Source: Octopus sinensis (Eukaryota). From it: a stretch of 64,000 bases of DNA. The stretch covers positions 64,170,001-64,234,000 of the forward strand of contig NC_043001.1 of NCBI RefSeq assembly GCF_006345805.1, given 5' to 3'. Below, piece after piece: positions 52,021-64,000 of this stretch. The stretch's first letter is position 1. Each line of letters starts with the position of its first letter. The translations under genes and the position numbers were made by a program. Under the pieces are notes generated by a model. It was not told where the DNA came from. It saw nothing but the letters and a program-made list of their open reading frames with translations, and searched no databases.

Positions 52021-52919
52021 CGTGCCAATTGAAATAACATTGGAAAGAAACAGTCAAATTTATTTGACAGTGTAATTGTTCACTTTAAAATTGTCTGCTT
52101 GTATCATAGAATCAGGGGCAAACTCAGGCTGGTTGGTATCAAAAGGATCAACTGTCATTCACTGAACAAGATTTATATCAAGTACAGTTTTGTTAACATT
52201 GTTTTTCTCATTCTTCAATTTGTTTCTATTTGTTTGATCTTGTGTAATTTGTAGCAACCCTGAAAACAAAATTACTTTGATGATAGGCCTACTCACTCAG
52301 AACTGACTTAAATTTGAGCAACAACAAATGATGTTTCTGGGTATAAAAGAATGTTATCCTCCAATTTTCTTGGTTTAACATATATAATTTCACACAATAT
52401 GAAGGTGTAGCTGTAGCTGGTAAATATGTAGACTTCATATAAGAATGTATGATGTAATTTTAATAACTACTTACAGAGTAAAGTTCAAATGTTTTGCCAA
52501 TGATTTATATTTACAATTTATCAATATGGTATTGTAGTAAATGTCCACTGTTGAATCTCTACTTTTTAGCTGTTCTCTATATCTCATACTGTTTCTTTGT
52601 TTCAGAATATCAGATGACATTGAAGTAAAAGAAATTTTTACTTAGATACATCATATTCAACAAAAAAGGAAGGTATTACACTGAATCCATATAACCCTGT
52701 TTATATAAATTCTTGGTGGATTACTATCTGGAATCTGTACAGGATTAACTTGGACAAATTTATAGAGTTAGCAGTATCTTTAGTTACTGATAAAAACACT
52801 AAAAATATTCGTTAGGAATAAAGTATGAAAACAAAAAGACAAACGATATAATGTGTTCAAAGAAGAAAAGTTATGGAAAATGAATTGAGAACCATGTTAA
52901 ATGCATAACAGAGTCTAAA

Positions 52920-54410
52920 ATGAGTGATCTTCCTGATGTGATGCTGAAAGATACAGGAAAAACATCATTCCATTGTGATAAGTCATTCGCTCAGAAAGCT
53001 AATCTCTTTACTCATAAACATATTCACATTGGAGAAAAACCATATTGCTGTGATATCTGTGGTAAATCTTTCACTCGAAATAATGTCTTGACTACTCACA
53101 GACGCATTCATACAGGAGAAAAGCCATATCATTGTGATATCTGTGGTAAATCATTCTCTCGAACATGTGAAGTAACTACTCACAAACGCATTCATACAGG
53201 AGAGAAGCCATATCATTGTGATATTTGTGGTAAATCATTCTCAGAAGGAGGTACCTTAACTAAACACAAACGTATTCATACAGGCGAGAAACCATATTGC
53301 TGTGATATCTGTGGTAAATCATTCTCTCGAAGTAATGTCTTAACAACTCACAAATATATTCATACAGGAGAGAAGCCATATCACTGTGACATCTGTGGTA
53401 AATCATTCTCTCGAACAAGTGAATTAACTACTCACAAACGTAGTCATACAGGAGAAAAACCATATCACTGTGGTGTCTGTGGTAAATCATTCTCTGAAGG
53501 AGGTAACCTAACTAAGCACATTCGTATTCATACAGGAGAGAAAGCATTTCATTGTGATATCTGTGGTAAATCATTCTTTCAAAGAGTTCACTTAACTTCT
53601 CACAGATATATTCATACAGGAGAGAAGCCACATCATTGTGATATCTGTGGAAAATCTTTCTCTGAAAAAAGTCACTTGACTAAACACAATCGTATTCATA
53701 CTGGAGAGAAACCATATCACTGTGATATCTGTGGCAAATCTTTCTCTCAAACAAGTCAATTAATTATACACAACAGATGTATCCATACAGGAAAGCACCT
53801 GTGTCACTGTGAAATCTGTGGTAAATCATTCTCTGAAACAAGTTACCTAGCTTCTCACATACGTGTTCATACAGGAGAGAAGCCATATCACTGTGATGTC
53901 TGTGGAAAATCATTCTCTGTAAGAAGTAGTTTAACTACTCACAAACATATTCATACAGGAGAAAAACCATACCACTGTGATATCTGTGGTAAATTATTCT
54001 CAGTAAAAAGTCATTTAACTAAACACAATCGCATTCATACAGGAGAGAAGCCCTACTGCTGTGATATCTGTGGTGTAGCATTCACTCAGACAGGTCATTT
54101 AACTACTCACAAGTATATTCATACAGGAGAGAAACCTTACCACTGTGATATCTGTGGTAAATCATTCTCTCAAACAAGTCATTTAACTATTCATAAATAT
54201 ATTCATACAGGGCAGAAACCATATCATTGTGATATCTGTAATAAATCGTTCTCTCAAAATAGTGACTTAACTAAACACAAACGTGTTCATACAAGTGAGA
54301 AACCATTTCATTGTGATATCTGTGGTAAATCATTCTCAGAAGGAAGTGCCTTAACTAAACACAAATACATTCATTTACGAGAAAAATCATATCTTGGTGA
54401 TATATGGTAA
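52920..54410 (+). CDS. Tandem C2H2 zinc-finger protein, 496 aa, 16 intact fingers plus one partial N-terminal finger
   Basis: Repeated CxxC-x12-H-x3-H with TGEKP linkers; single coding exon; acceptor tttctttgtttcag| at 52605 suggests upstream non-coding exon(s). Confidence 0.92.
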   Translation: MSDLPDVMLKDTGKTSFHCDKSFAQKANLFTHKHIHIGEKPYCCDICGKSFTRNNVLTTHRRIHTGEKPYHCDICGKSFSRTCEVTTHKRIHTGEKPYHCDICGKSFSEGGTLTKHKRIHTGEKPYCCDICGKSFSRSNVLTTHKYIHTGEKPYHCDICGKSFSRTSELTTHKRSHTGEKPYHCGVCGKSFSEGGNLTKHIRIHTGEKAFHCDICGKSFFQRVHLTSHRYIHTGEKPHHCDICGKSFSEKSHLTKHNRIHTGEKPYHCDICGKSFSQTSQLIIHNRCIHTGKHLCHCEICGKSFSETSYLASHIRVHTGEKPYHCDVCGKSFSVRSSLTTHKHIHTGEKPYHCDICGKLFSVKSHLTKHNRIHTGEKPYCCDICGVAFTQTGHLTTHKYIHTGEKPYHCDICGKSFSQTSHLTIHKYIHTGQKPYHCDICNKSFSQNSDLTKHKRVHTSEKPFHCDICGKSFSEGSALTKHKYIHLREKSYLGDIW

Positions 54411-54607
54411 ATCACTTTGTAGTAAGTTAACTTAACTACTAATGTGTTCATACAAGAGATGAGCCTTATTGTTGTAATTGTATGTTGTCAATCATTTTCT
54501 TATAGATATACCTTTACTACTCATGAACATATTCATCCAAGAGAGAAACAGTGTTACTGGGATGTTTGTGGTATAATATTTCTCAAAAAAAAAATCATTT
54601 AACTATA

Positions 54608-55519
54608 CAAGCTTTGATCAAAATGTATCAGGACTGGTGCCATAAAAAGAAAACTAAATCATATATCAGTTTGGCTTTTAATATCCTATGAAGTAGTCTA
54701 TCTTATGAAGCCACACACTTTATCCAATATCATTTCCATTAATGGGAGCATTCCAGTAACTCTTTTTTGGGGAATGCCACTTTGCATTCTCTTGCATTTC
54801 CTTGATCAAAAAGTATAGGAGCTAAAGTATGCAGAATGAAGTCACTTCACACAGATTGACCTTGGACTCTGTTGAGCATTCACACTAAGTTATAATGTTC
54901 TCATTCACTTCTATTGTTCATAGCAATGCTTGGAAAATCTCAACCTCTCTGAGCCTGAAGAAAGCACAAATGAGTTGAAGCAATGTGAAGTTTTCTTCAA
55001 CTACAAGGGCATTGTTCATTATGAGTATGCTGCACCTGGTCAGAAAGCAAACAAGGAGTACTACAGTGACATTTTGCAGAATTTGAAGGATGGTGTTCAT
55101 TGGAAAAGGACAGAATTACATGTGTCCGATGAGTGACAGTTCCACCATGACAGCACACCTGTTCATTCAAAGCTGCTTGTGCAGCAGTTTTAGGTCAAGC
55201 ACAATGTTCCCCAGGTTTGACAACCATCATATTTCCCAGATCTCACCGCTTGTGACTTTTTCTCTTTCCAAAAAGCAAATCCCATTTGAAAAGGACAAGG
55301 TTTCAAGACATCAAGGAAATTCAAGAGAATGCAATGAGTCAGCTCCTCACTACCCCCCAAAAAGGAGTTCCAGGAATGCTTCCATCAATGGAAATGATAC
55401 TGGATAAAGTGTGTAGCCTCAGAAGGGGACTAATTCGAAGGAGATTAAATACCCAATTGATATTTGTTGTAGTTTTTGCTTTTATAGCACCAACCCCAAT
55501 ACTTTTTGATCAGACCTCA
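54608..55519 (+). mobile_element. Mariner derivative with TA TSD and extended inverted ends
   Basis: TIRs ..tgatcaaaa.gtat..ggtgc.ataaaa; VFFNYKGIVHYEY..GQ..NKEYY, HHD, PDL..CDF remnants; flanked by TA. Confidence 0.8.
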
Positions 55520-56503
55520 TATATATGTGTGAGTGTGCATGAATATGTATTCTGACAAGACAGCAACTCTATCGATGACAAAAGTCATTCTATGAAAAAT
55601 AACTCTATAACCATGAATGCATCTACACAGGAAAAAAGCATGTGATAAAAAGCTCCCAAAATTATATTTTATATAATCACAATTATATCTACATTTCTAA
55701 GGTAACTTACTGCTTTGATATTTTTAATAACTTATGTATATAATAATGTGTTTATCCTATCAGAGAACAATTCTCATATTTGTTGAGATTTATATAATTT
55801 TATAATATTTTTATTTATAACATAATTCCTTATATGACTCGATGGTAAAGCTGAGTGGTATAATTTGCGAATTGTTATCTTTGTTGGCATATCAATAGCT
55901 ATTATCCTTGTTGATATCGGCTGGACATATTTGTCATGCAAGATATTTCCTCAAACTTTCCTCATCTTCAGTTCTGAAGCCAAGATCTTAGTTTTTTTTT
56001 AGTTATTAAGAATATTTACAAAGAATGATAAACAGGATATCACTGTTCTTTTAACTTGTAACTTTTTTCATCACCCAAGATCTTAAATATTTTTGAGTTA
56101 AGAATATTTACACAGAATGATAACTTGAAATTTAAATAAAGCTGGTTTATTCCTAATTTTTTTTTACTTTCATTTTATAGCATGTCAGCACAAACATAAA
56201 CTATAGAATTTACAAACTTAATGTATAATAAAAGTTACATATTTCTCTAAATGATCTTTACTAACTGTTCACTCTAAAACTGTATAATGTATTGATAATT
56301 AATATTAGAGGTTATACTGCAGTGGATAAAAGATAAATAATGGGATAACTATACCACTTATATACATGTAATCTTCCTACTTTTCTTCCTTTCCATCTCC
56401 AACTGTTTCTCTGTTTATCTTTCCCATACCTTTTAATTTTTCCACAGTGAGATATATTAGACTAAAACATAAGCCTCTCTTTGTTTTGCTCTTTCACTCC
56501 AGG

Positions 56504-57122
56504 ATTACACCCTAGGCTGTGGGGGCTAGAGGCTTCATTGAAAGGAAAATGACAACGCTATTCAAAAGAAGATTTGTTTTACCTAGCTCCAAGCTGCAAA
56601 AACTAATAAGGAGAGTACAGGAGGCGGTCGAAAAAGCCAGTTTCTATATATGGCTAAAACAGGAAGACCAAAAATGGCTTGAAAGTCATATCATCACTAG
56701 GTGAGACAAGCTGACATTGAATTATCTTTGCTGACTGACAGGTGATGGTCGTTTAGAGAATGTGTGGGCTAAGACTACACGCCTTCATTGGTCAGTTAAA
56801 GATGAGACAGTGTCACGTGACAACTTGCTGGGGCTGCCTACTGGAGCCTAGCGGCAGGTATTTAAAGGGAAAAAATTTGACAAGTCAGTCAGTTGCCGGC
56901 TGACACTTGTTGATGCTACACCGAAGAGGCCAGGGAACAGAAGAAAGAAGACATGCACCCAACACTAGAGCTGAAGACACCTCTGAAGGGGGGGGGGGTC
57001 AAAACTGTAGAGGAGTAGGGGGTGAAACCGGATGTGGTTCTTCCTGATGATGTCTTGAGCTAACTGGATCCTATAAAGGAGCTCTTGTAGTAGCAGACCA
57101 TGAAACACGGTTGTAATTCCTC
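56504..57122 (+). repeat. 5' direct repeat (3' end of ORF + 3' UTR), copy of 60329-60969
   Basis: Colinear from gtgggggctagaggcttc to ttgtaattcctc with scattered substitutions and short indels. Confidence 0.9.
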
Positions 57123-60100
57123 AGATACTGACTGCAGGGAAAGACTTGCTGACAATCCAGAAAGAGGGATGACAAAGCAGAGAGACGCTTGACAGTACGA
57201 CAGTACGAAGGATGGAATGGGCTTGCAGCCCGATCCGGGGTGAAATTGCAACGAAAAAGCATGGGAAATCATGCCCCCATGATCCTGGACCAGGGGGGGG
57301 GGAGAATAAAGGTTCAAATAGGAACAGAAAAAAACGAAATGGACTTGGACCGGAAATGGACAAAGAGAAAGGAAGCGGTATAGGAATGATAGATGAGGAG
57401 TTCAGCTGTTGCGGAAAGGTGTTTGCTAGTTACATCGGGCTGAGAATCCACCAAGGGAAGGTGTGTTAGAAGAAAGTAATTCAACAACGCGGGTCGATAA
57501 ACCATACGACGTGTGGCCCTGGAAAATAACCATAGCGAGGTTCATTCCACAGTTGAATTGGAACAGTCAAAAAGAGTGATAGGTGTGAAGAGGACAAAGA
57601 TTTAAGTGGCTGAAAGCAAATGACGCAGCGAGTTATAAAAAATTTGACAACGTGGTAGCAAGAATGACCACCAAATTCAAAGGCGACGACAAACAAAAGC
57701 TCGAAAACCTGGCAAATACATTCTACCAGGAAGGAGAGAAAAGATTTGGACTGGAAACAACAGGGAAGGTAGAATCAACGGCAAAGAGTGGACCATCGAG
57801 GAGAGAAAGACGGATTGCAAAGATTCGAGAAGAGAAGAAAAAACTCAGAACCAGATGAAGGGATGCAAAGAAGGAGGAAAGAGAAGGGCTAAAGCAGCTA
57901 TATGAAGAGATAAAAAATGGGCATCAAGATCTACTAAGAAAACAAAGAAGGAAGAGCAGAAGAAAGGAGAGAGAAAAGAACTATCGTAGCTTTATGAACA
58001 ATTCCTATCAATATGCGAAACATTTATTTACTGAAAGTAAAAGCGTAAAATTAGATTGCACAAAAGAAGAACTCAAACATCTGAAAGAGACATACAGTGA
58101 CTCTGACAGAAATAAAGTACTCCCAGAAATGCACGGACTGAAGAAACCACCTGAACCAAGGGTACCATTTGATTTGAGTGAAATGGATGAGTTCATAAGA
58201 AAAGCAAGAACAAAAAGTTCACTAGGGAACGATGGAGTGAGCTACAAGGTATATAAATATTGCTCGAAATTACATTTGCAGCTGTTTGCACTGATAAGAG
58301 AAATGTGGAAGGAGAAAGATGTAGCAGAGCGATGGTGTATAGCTGAAGGTATCTATCTACCTAAAGAAAAAGATGCAAAAATACTAGAACAATTTAGACC
58401 AATTTCATTATTAAATACTAACGGGAAAATCGTGTTTGGAATTATTGCTATGCGAATCATAAGATTCGTACAGCATAACGGGTATGTTAATGAAGCAATC
58501 CAAAAAGCAGGAATCCCCGATATCCCTGGGTGTAGAGAACATGCATTTGCCATCTGAGAAGCCATCACCTGTGCAAAACAACTGAAGAAAAACCTGTATA
58601 TTGTTTGGCTAGATCTTGCCAATGCTTATGGATTTGTTCCGCACGCACTCATAAAAACAGTGATGGACTTCTTTTGGATTCCAAAAGATGTTCAACGAAT
58701 GCTCATGTTCTACTACGACAACCTGAGGATGAGATTTACGGCAGGAAAGTTCACAACGGAGTGGCAATGGCTTGAAATAGGTATTGCAGCCAGATGCACG
58801 ATATCAGTCATCTTATTTGTGCTAGTCATGGAAATGTTCCTTAGATCTACAAACTGTGAGAAAGCTGTTACAAAGACACCATTAAGGGCGTTTATGGACG
58901 ACGTAACTGTATTATTGGAAAGTAGAGAAGCAGCAGAGCGAACGTTAGAATGGTTGGATGAACTGATAAGATGGGCAATGATGAAATTCAAAGCTAAAAA
59001 ATCTCGAAGCGTGGCTTTCGTGAAAGGAACGCACGAAGAAGTGAAATTCAGGATAGGAGGTGAAGACATACCAACGGTGAAAGAACAACCAGTAAAGAGT
59101 CTCGGCAGATGGTATAGAGATTTATTAAATGATAAGAAGCAAGGGAAAGAAACACACGAGTTAGTAGAACAAGGATTAAAGGCAATTGACAGAACAACGC
59201 TGCCAGGAAAATTCATATGTTGGATACTGCAATTTGGGCTGTACCCAAGGATAATGTGGCCATTGCAAATGTACAAAATAGCCTCGAGTAGAGTAGAACG
59301 GATGGAACAAAGATACAGTGTGTTTATCAGAAAATGGCTTGGTCTGCCGAAACCACTGAACACAACTGCACTATATGGAAAACCCATGCTGCAATTACCA
59401 ATAACATCAATCGCCGAAGAATATAAGGAAGGAAAGGCAAGGACAGTAATGATGCTAAAGAATTCAAAAGATCAGAGCATCTGGGAAAATCCTCCAAAGG
59501 TACGAACAGGGAGAAATGGAAGGCGGAAGAGGCAGTAAACAGGGCGATCAGAAAACTAAGGCACGCAGATATAGTCGGAGCGATGCAAGAAGCAAGAGCC
59601 GGCCTAGGGTCATGCAATTTCAGGCCATTTTGCAAGAGCAGTATAAAAGAGATGAAAGAGGCAGTGGTATACGAAGTGAGAAAGGAGGAAGAAGAAAGGC
59701 GAAATGTACATTTGGTGCAATGTAGTCAACAATGCCTGAGATGGGAGGAATATGTGATTAGCCACAGAATATCATGGAAGGAACTTTGGGCTTGGGAACA
59801 AGCAAGAACATCCTTCCTGATCAAGTCTACCCTCACCGGCGAACTTAGTCTGGTGGAACATAAAAACAACTGATGAGTGTAGATACGGAGAGAAAGCGAC
59901 GGTTAGACATGTTCTGTCAAACTGCAGACTACCACTAGCAAGATATACATGGCAGCATAATCAAGTTCTCGGTGTCATAAGCGCAGCACTCAAGGAGAAG
60001 ATCGAGAAGTACAATAGGGGAGAGTACCCAAAAGTAGAAAAGCACAGGAAAGTATACTTCCAGAAGGAGGGAAAAGGATATAAAACCAGGCCTACAAGTA

Positions 60101-60851
60101 AAATATATGAGATAAACGAAAGATGGGACACTGGGAGGTGGCCATGGATTTGGAAAGACAAGTAATATTTTCACTAATAAAATGACAAAAGGAACAGAGA
60201 ATGGAGAATAGGAGTTTTGCTAGAACTGACAGTGCCATGGGAAGAGAACATCGGCAATGTAGAGGAACGAAAGAAGAGGTACGAAAAAGTAACCGAAGAG
60301 TGCAGAGAACAGTGATGGAATGTCGAGTATTACCACCTGGCAGTGGGGGCTAGAGGCTTCATTGAAACGAAAATGACAACGCTATTCAAAAGAAGATTTG
60401 TTTTTTCTAGCTCCGAGCTGCGAAAACTAATAAGGAGAGTACAGGAGGCGGTCGAAAAACCCAGCTTCTATATATGGCTGAAGCGGGAAAACCAAAACTG
60501 GCTTGAAAGTCATAACATGCCGGCGGGAAATAACATCACTAGGGAGACAAGCTGACACTGAATTAGCTTCGCTGACTGACAGATAACGGTCATTTAGAGA
60601 ATGCATGGACTAAGACTACACGCCTTCATTGGTCAGTTAAAGTTGAGACAGTGTCACATGACAATTTGCTGGGGCTGCCTACTGCAGCCTAGCGGCAGGT
60701 ATTTAAAGAGAAAAAAATTTGACAAGTCAGTCAGTTGCTGGCTGACACTCGTTGACATTACACCAAAGAGGCCAGGCAACTGAAGAAAGAAGACATGAAC
60801 CCAACACCAGTGCTGAAGACACCTTCTAAAGGGGGGGGCGACACGTCAAAA

Positions 60852-60903
60852 CGGTAGAGGAGTAGGGACCGAAACTGGACATGGTTCCTCCTGATGATGT
60901 CTT
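60852..60903 (+). ncRNA. Hammerhead-core motif in non-canonical segment order (second, more decayed copy 57005-57056)
   Basis: CGGTA^GAGGAG-ta-GGGACC-GAAACTG-gacatgg-TTCCTC-CTGATGA-TGTCTT; stems pair by eye. Confidence 0.45.
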
Positions 60904-62294
60904 GAGCTAACTGGATCCTATAAAGGAGCTCTTGTGGTAGCAGACCACGAAACACAGTTGTAATTCCTCCTGTCTAAAACAAAAAGAAATCTCAAACTGT
61001 CACTGTATTTGTTTGTCCCCCTCCACTCTCTCACACCTTCCTCTCTTTGTCAAATTAAATATATTTCCTTATTGAGGTCAAAGAAACAGCTAGAGGCAGA
61101 CAAATAGTCAAAAATGACATTTTCTAAATTAGATGAAGTTTGCTGGCTGAAAAAATTTGGTTATTTCTAGAATCATGGAAGATAGCCCAAAACACCCCAC
61201 CTAATAATTTAATTTCCAAGGCCCTGAAAAGCAATATGGATTCCAGAGATCAGTGACTCAAATAGAGAGGAAAAAGAACAAATTTGTTTTTATGCCCTTA
61301 TCAAGATGTATCCAAGTTTAATGAATGACAGAATAAAATATATAGATAGTGAAGTTTTGGGTAAAGAACCCAAGCTACATGGAGGGCCAGAAAAACTAAG
61401 ATGATGTTGTAAGGAAGATGCTATTTCAGCACTAACTCTGAAGGCAACAGTGGTAGTGAAGAAATCAAACAAGGTGAAACAAATTTGTTACCTAGGACTA
61501 AAAAGTGAATTGCTCAAAAGCAATACAAACAATCTGACCAACAGATATAGGCTTTGAAAGAAAGAATTCAGAAAGGCAGACACAGCCCTATCTAAAGAGT
61601 ACCTGCTGGTCTGAAGACATGAACTGTTATTCTGCCTGTATCAGGCCCAGTAAGAGTTGTGCTGCATGTCTCACTCCCCCACCCCAAAAAAGACCAATAG
61701 ACACAGTGACTTAAACTTTCAAAAAAATTGATGACTCATCAATAAGGAAGGAAATTCCAAGCAAACTAAGTGCCAACAACCGACTTAAGAGTACAATTTG
61801 CACACACTGAATTCCATAAAAAGACAATATGGAGATGTAGTGCAAACTGTTGCAACTGAGCATCAATATTTCTTTATGCAGAGCATACTTGGAAGCTAAA
61901 GATAAGAAATAAATTATAATTTACAATGGAAAATATTAATATCAGCACCTGCGTACAATAATAAAAATAAAAAATGTTTATTATGCATTAATGAAATTTT
62001 TTTTCTAATTAGGGCTAAAATTCCGCTTATTAACAATTTTAAGGAACGTAATCTTTCCTGTCTTCATAAAATTGGGTATACTTTCTCCAAATACAAATAG
62101 AACATACTATTAAATTTACCCCTACTGAATTAACAGTAATTATTTAGAGTAAACAATTATTACTATAATATATTATATTAGTTAAATTGTGATGATTATG
62201 CAGATATGTATATGTATGTGTGTGAATGTGTATGTATATGTGTGTATATGTATGTATATTTATATAGGGGTATATATTAAGTTAGATGTAATTC

Positions 62295-63290
62295 ATCATT
62301 ATCATGATAATCATTTAACGTCTGCTTTCCAATGCTAACATGGGTTGGACGATTTTGACTGAGGGCTGGCGAACCAGATGGCTGCACCAGGCTCCAATCT
62401 TGATCTAGCAGAGTTTCTACAGCTGGATGCACTTCCTAACGCCAACCACTCTGAGAGTGTAGTGGGTGCTTTTTACGTGCCACCGGCATGGGAGCCAGTC
62501 AAGCAATACTGGCAATGACCTCGCTCGAATCTTTTTACACGTGCCACCGGCACAGGTGCCAGTGAAGCAACGTTGGTAACGATCACGCTCGAATGGTGCC
62601 CTTTTACGTGCCACGAGTACGGAAGCCGGTTAGCCGCTCTGTCAATGGTCACACTCATATGGAGCTCTTTGCACCCCACTAGCACGGATGCCAGTCATCG
62701 AATTGATTTTGATTTAATTTCACTTGCCTCAACAGGTCTTCGCAAGCAGAGTTTAGTGATCAAAGAAGAAAAAGGTACGCATAAGCGGGCTGGTTATGCT
62801 CCTGGCATAAGCCACAGGTTATGGTCTCATTTGGCTTGCCGGGTCTTCTCAAGCATAGTATATTTCCAAAAGTATTGATCGCTAGTCATTTCGTTGGTGA
62901 GGCCTAATGTTTGAAGGTCGTGCTTCACCACTTCATCCCAGGTCTTCCTGGGTCTACCTCTTCCACAGGTTCCCTCAACCGCTAGGGTGTAACACTTTTT
63001 CACACAACTATCCTCATCCATTCTCGCCACATGACCACACCAGCGCAGTCGTCTCTCTTGCACACCACATCTAATGCTTCTTAGGTCTAACTTTTCTCTC
63101 AAGGTACTTACACTCTGTCGAGTATGCACACTGACATTACACATCCATCGGATCATGCTGGCTTCATTCCTTGCGAGCTTACGCATATCCTCAGCAGTCA
63201 CAGCCCATGTTTCACTGCCGTGTAGCATGGCTGTTCGTACACATGTATCATACAGTCTGCCTTTTACTCTGAGCGAGAGGCCCTTTGTCA
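62295..63290 (-). mobile_element. RTE LINE 3' portion
   Basis: ORF 62827-63291 LHGSETW..RLRWCGHV..GRGRPRKTW; repetitive 3' UTR; (CAT)n tail. Confidence 0.9.
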
Positions 63291-64000
63291 TATGCGTATG
63301 TGTGGATGCATGTATGTGTGTATGTATATGTATTTATGTACATGGGTATGTATATGATTATGGAATGTGATATGTATACCAAATTATGTAACCAATGATT
63401 GGATTAATTGTTTGATTGATTGGTTAACTAATTAATCTATTTATTGATTAGTATTTAGGGTTAACTATTTAACAAGGTTCTGGAGATAATTAATCTTGAG
63501 TTCCTTCCCTTCATTCTCTTCATTTTATTTATTTATAAATAAATAGTAATCCACCATATCTCTTAAATATAACAGTAAATAGATAAATAAATAAATAGAT
63601 ATTTATGAAGAATTAATAAATAAGTAGTTTGTTAATTAAGTGACTTTAAAATATTACATGGAATATTGCAGTATAGGCATTTGGGAAATGGAGCCTTGCA
63701 TATGAAACAATTTGTCAGATACAATAGTTTTTTAACATAAATGAAGGTAATTTGTCAGATATAATAGATTTTGAAATTATTTTTAACGACAATGAATACA
63801 ATTTGACATATGTAGGTATAGATAATAATAGAAGTGAATTGGGAGCATTTAAAAATTAATTTTGGAAGTAAGTTTAACAATTAACAATATATTGAAGAGA
63901 TATATACGTTGACTTTGATATTTTGTCTCTGGTTTGAGTTTGATCCAACTGATTCCCGACATGTATTTCAACCATATACTACCCATTTAAGTTACTAAAT

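Larger units (their letters stand above)
56504..60969 (+). mobile_element. HERO-like non-LTR retrotransposon (RT + restriction-like endonuclease) bounded by about 620-bp direct repeats
   Basis: N-terminal CCGKVF..GLRIHQ; RT FRPISLLN..PGCREH..WLDLANAYG..GIAARCTIS..FMDD..KFKAKKSRS..KSLGRWY; C-terminal C..HVLSNC..YTWQHNQVL, ELTVPWE, VGARGF; multiple stops. Confidence 0.82.

Noticed and set aside
57044-57122. Conventional type I hammerhead using CTGATGA...GAAACACGGTTGTA
   Set aside because: The sequence after GTA (ATTCCTC) cannot pair with the TTCTTC/TTCCTC preceding the core, so stem I fails; the permuted reading pairs better.
61000-61900. Possible very old LINE remnant
   Set aside because: No diagnostic motif could be read reliably.

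Overview
AT-rich eukaryotic (animal) DNA made mostly of transposable elements and microsatellites. The repeat families and the intronless '[15 protein letters not shown]' C2H2 array suggest an octopod cephalopod (inference, not database-checked). Host coding content is limited to a 16-finger C2H2 zinc-finger ORF (52920-54410) and an unassigned 256-aa terminal exon (26262-27036). The rest comprises decayed RTE, CR1, R4/Dong-like and HERO-like LINEs, three Penelope-like (PLE) elements, Gypsy LTR remnants, one young non-autonomous LTR element, mariner relics, Helitron-like elements and several SINE families. The most striking signals are RNA-structural. (1) A hammerhead catalytic core in a non-canonical segment order lies in both ~620-bp terminal direct repeats of the HERO-like LINE. 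(2) A 358-bp hammerhead-bearing multimer flanked by a target-site duplication (TSD) looks like a retrozyme copied from circular RNA. (3) A ~6.5-kb spacerless Penelope palindrome carries a canonical type I hammerhead in each arm. (4) A 5S-rRNA-derived sequence is fused to the CR1 3' tail. (5) An LTR carries a perfect 5-unit heat-shock element (HSE) plus cAMP-response element (CRE) sites. All structures were paired by eye, none was computed or tested, and boundaries of decayed elements are approximate.
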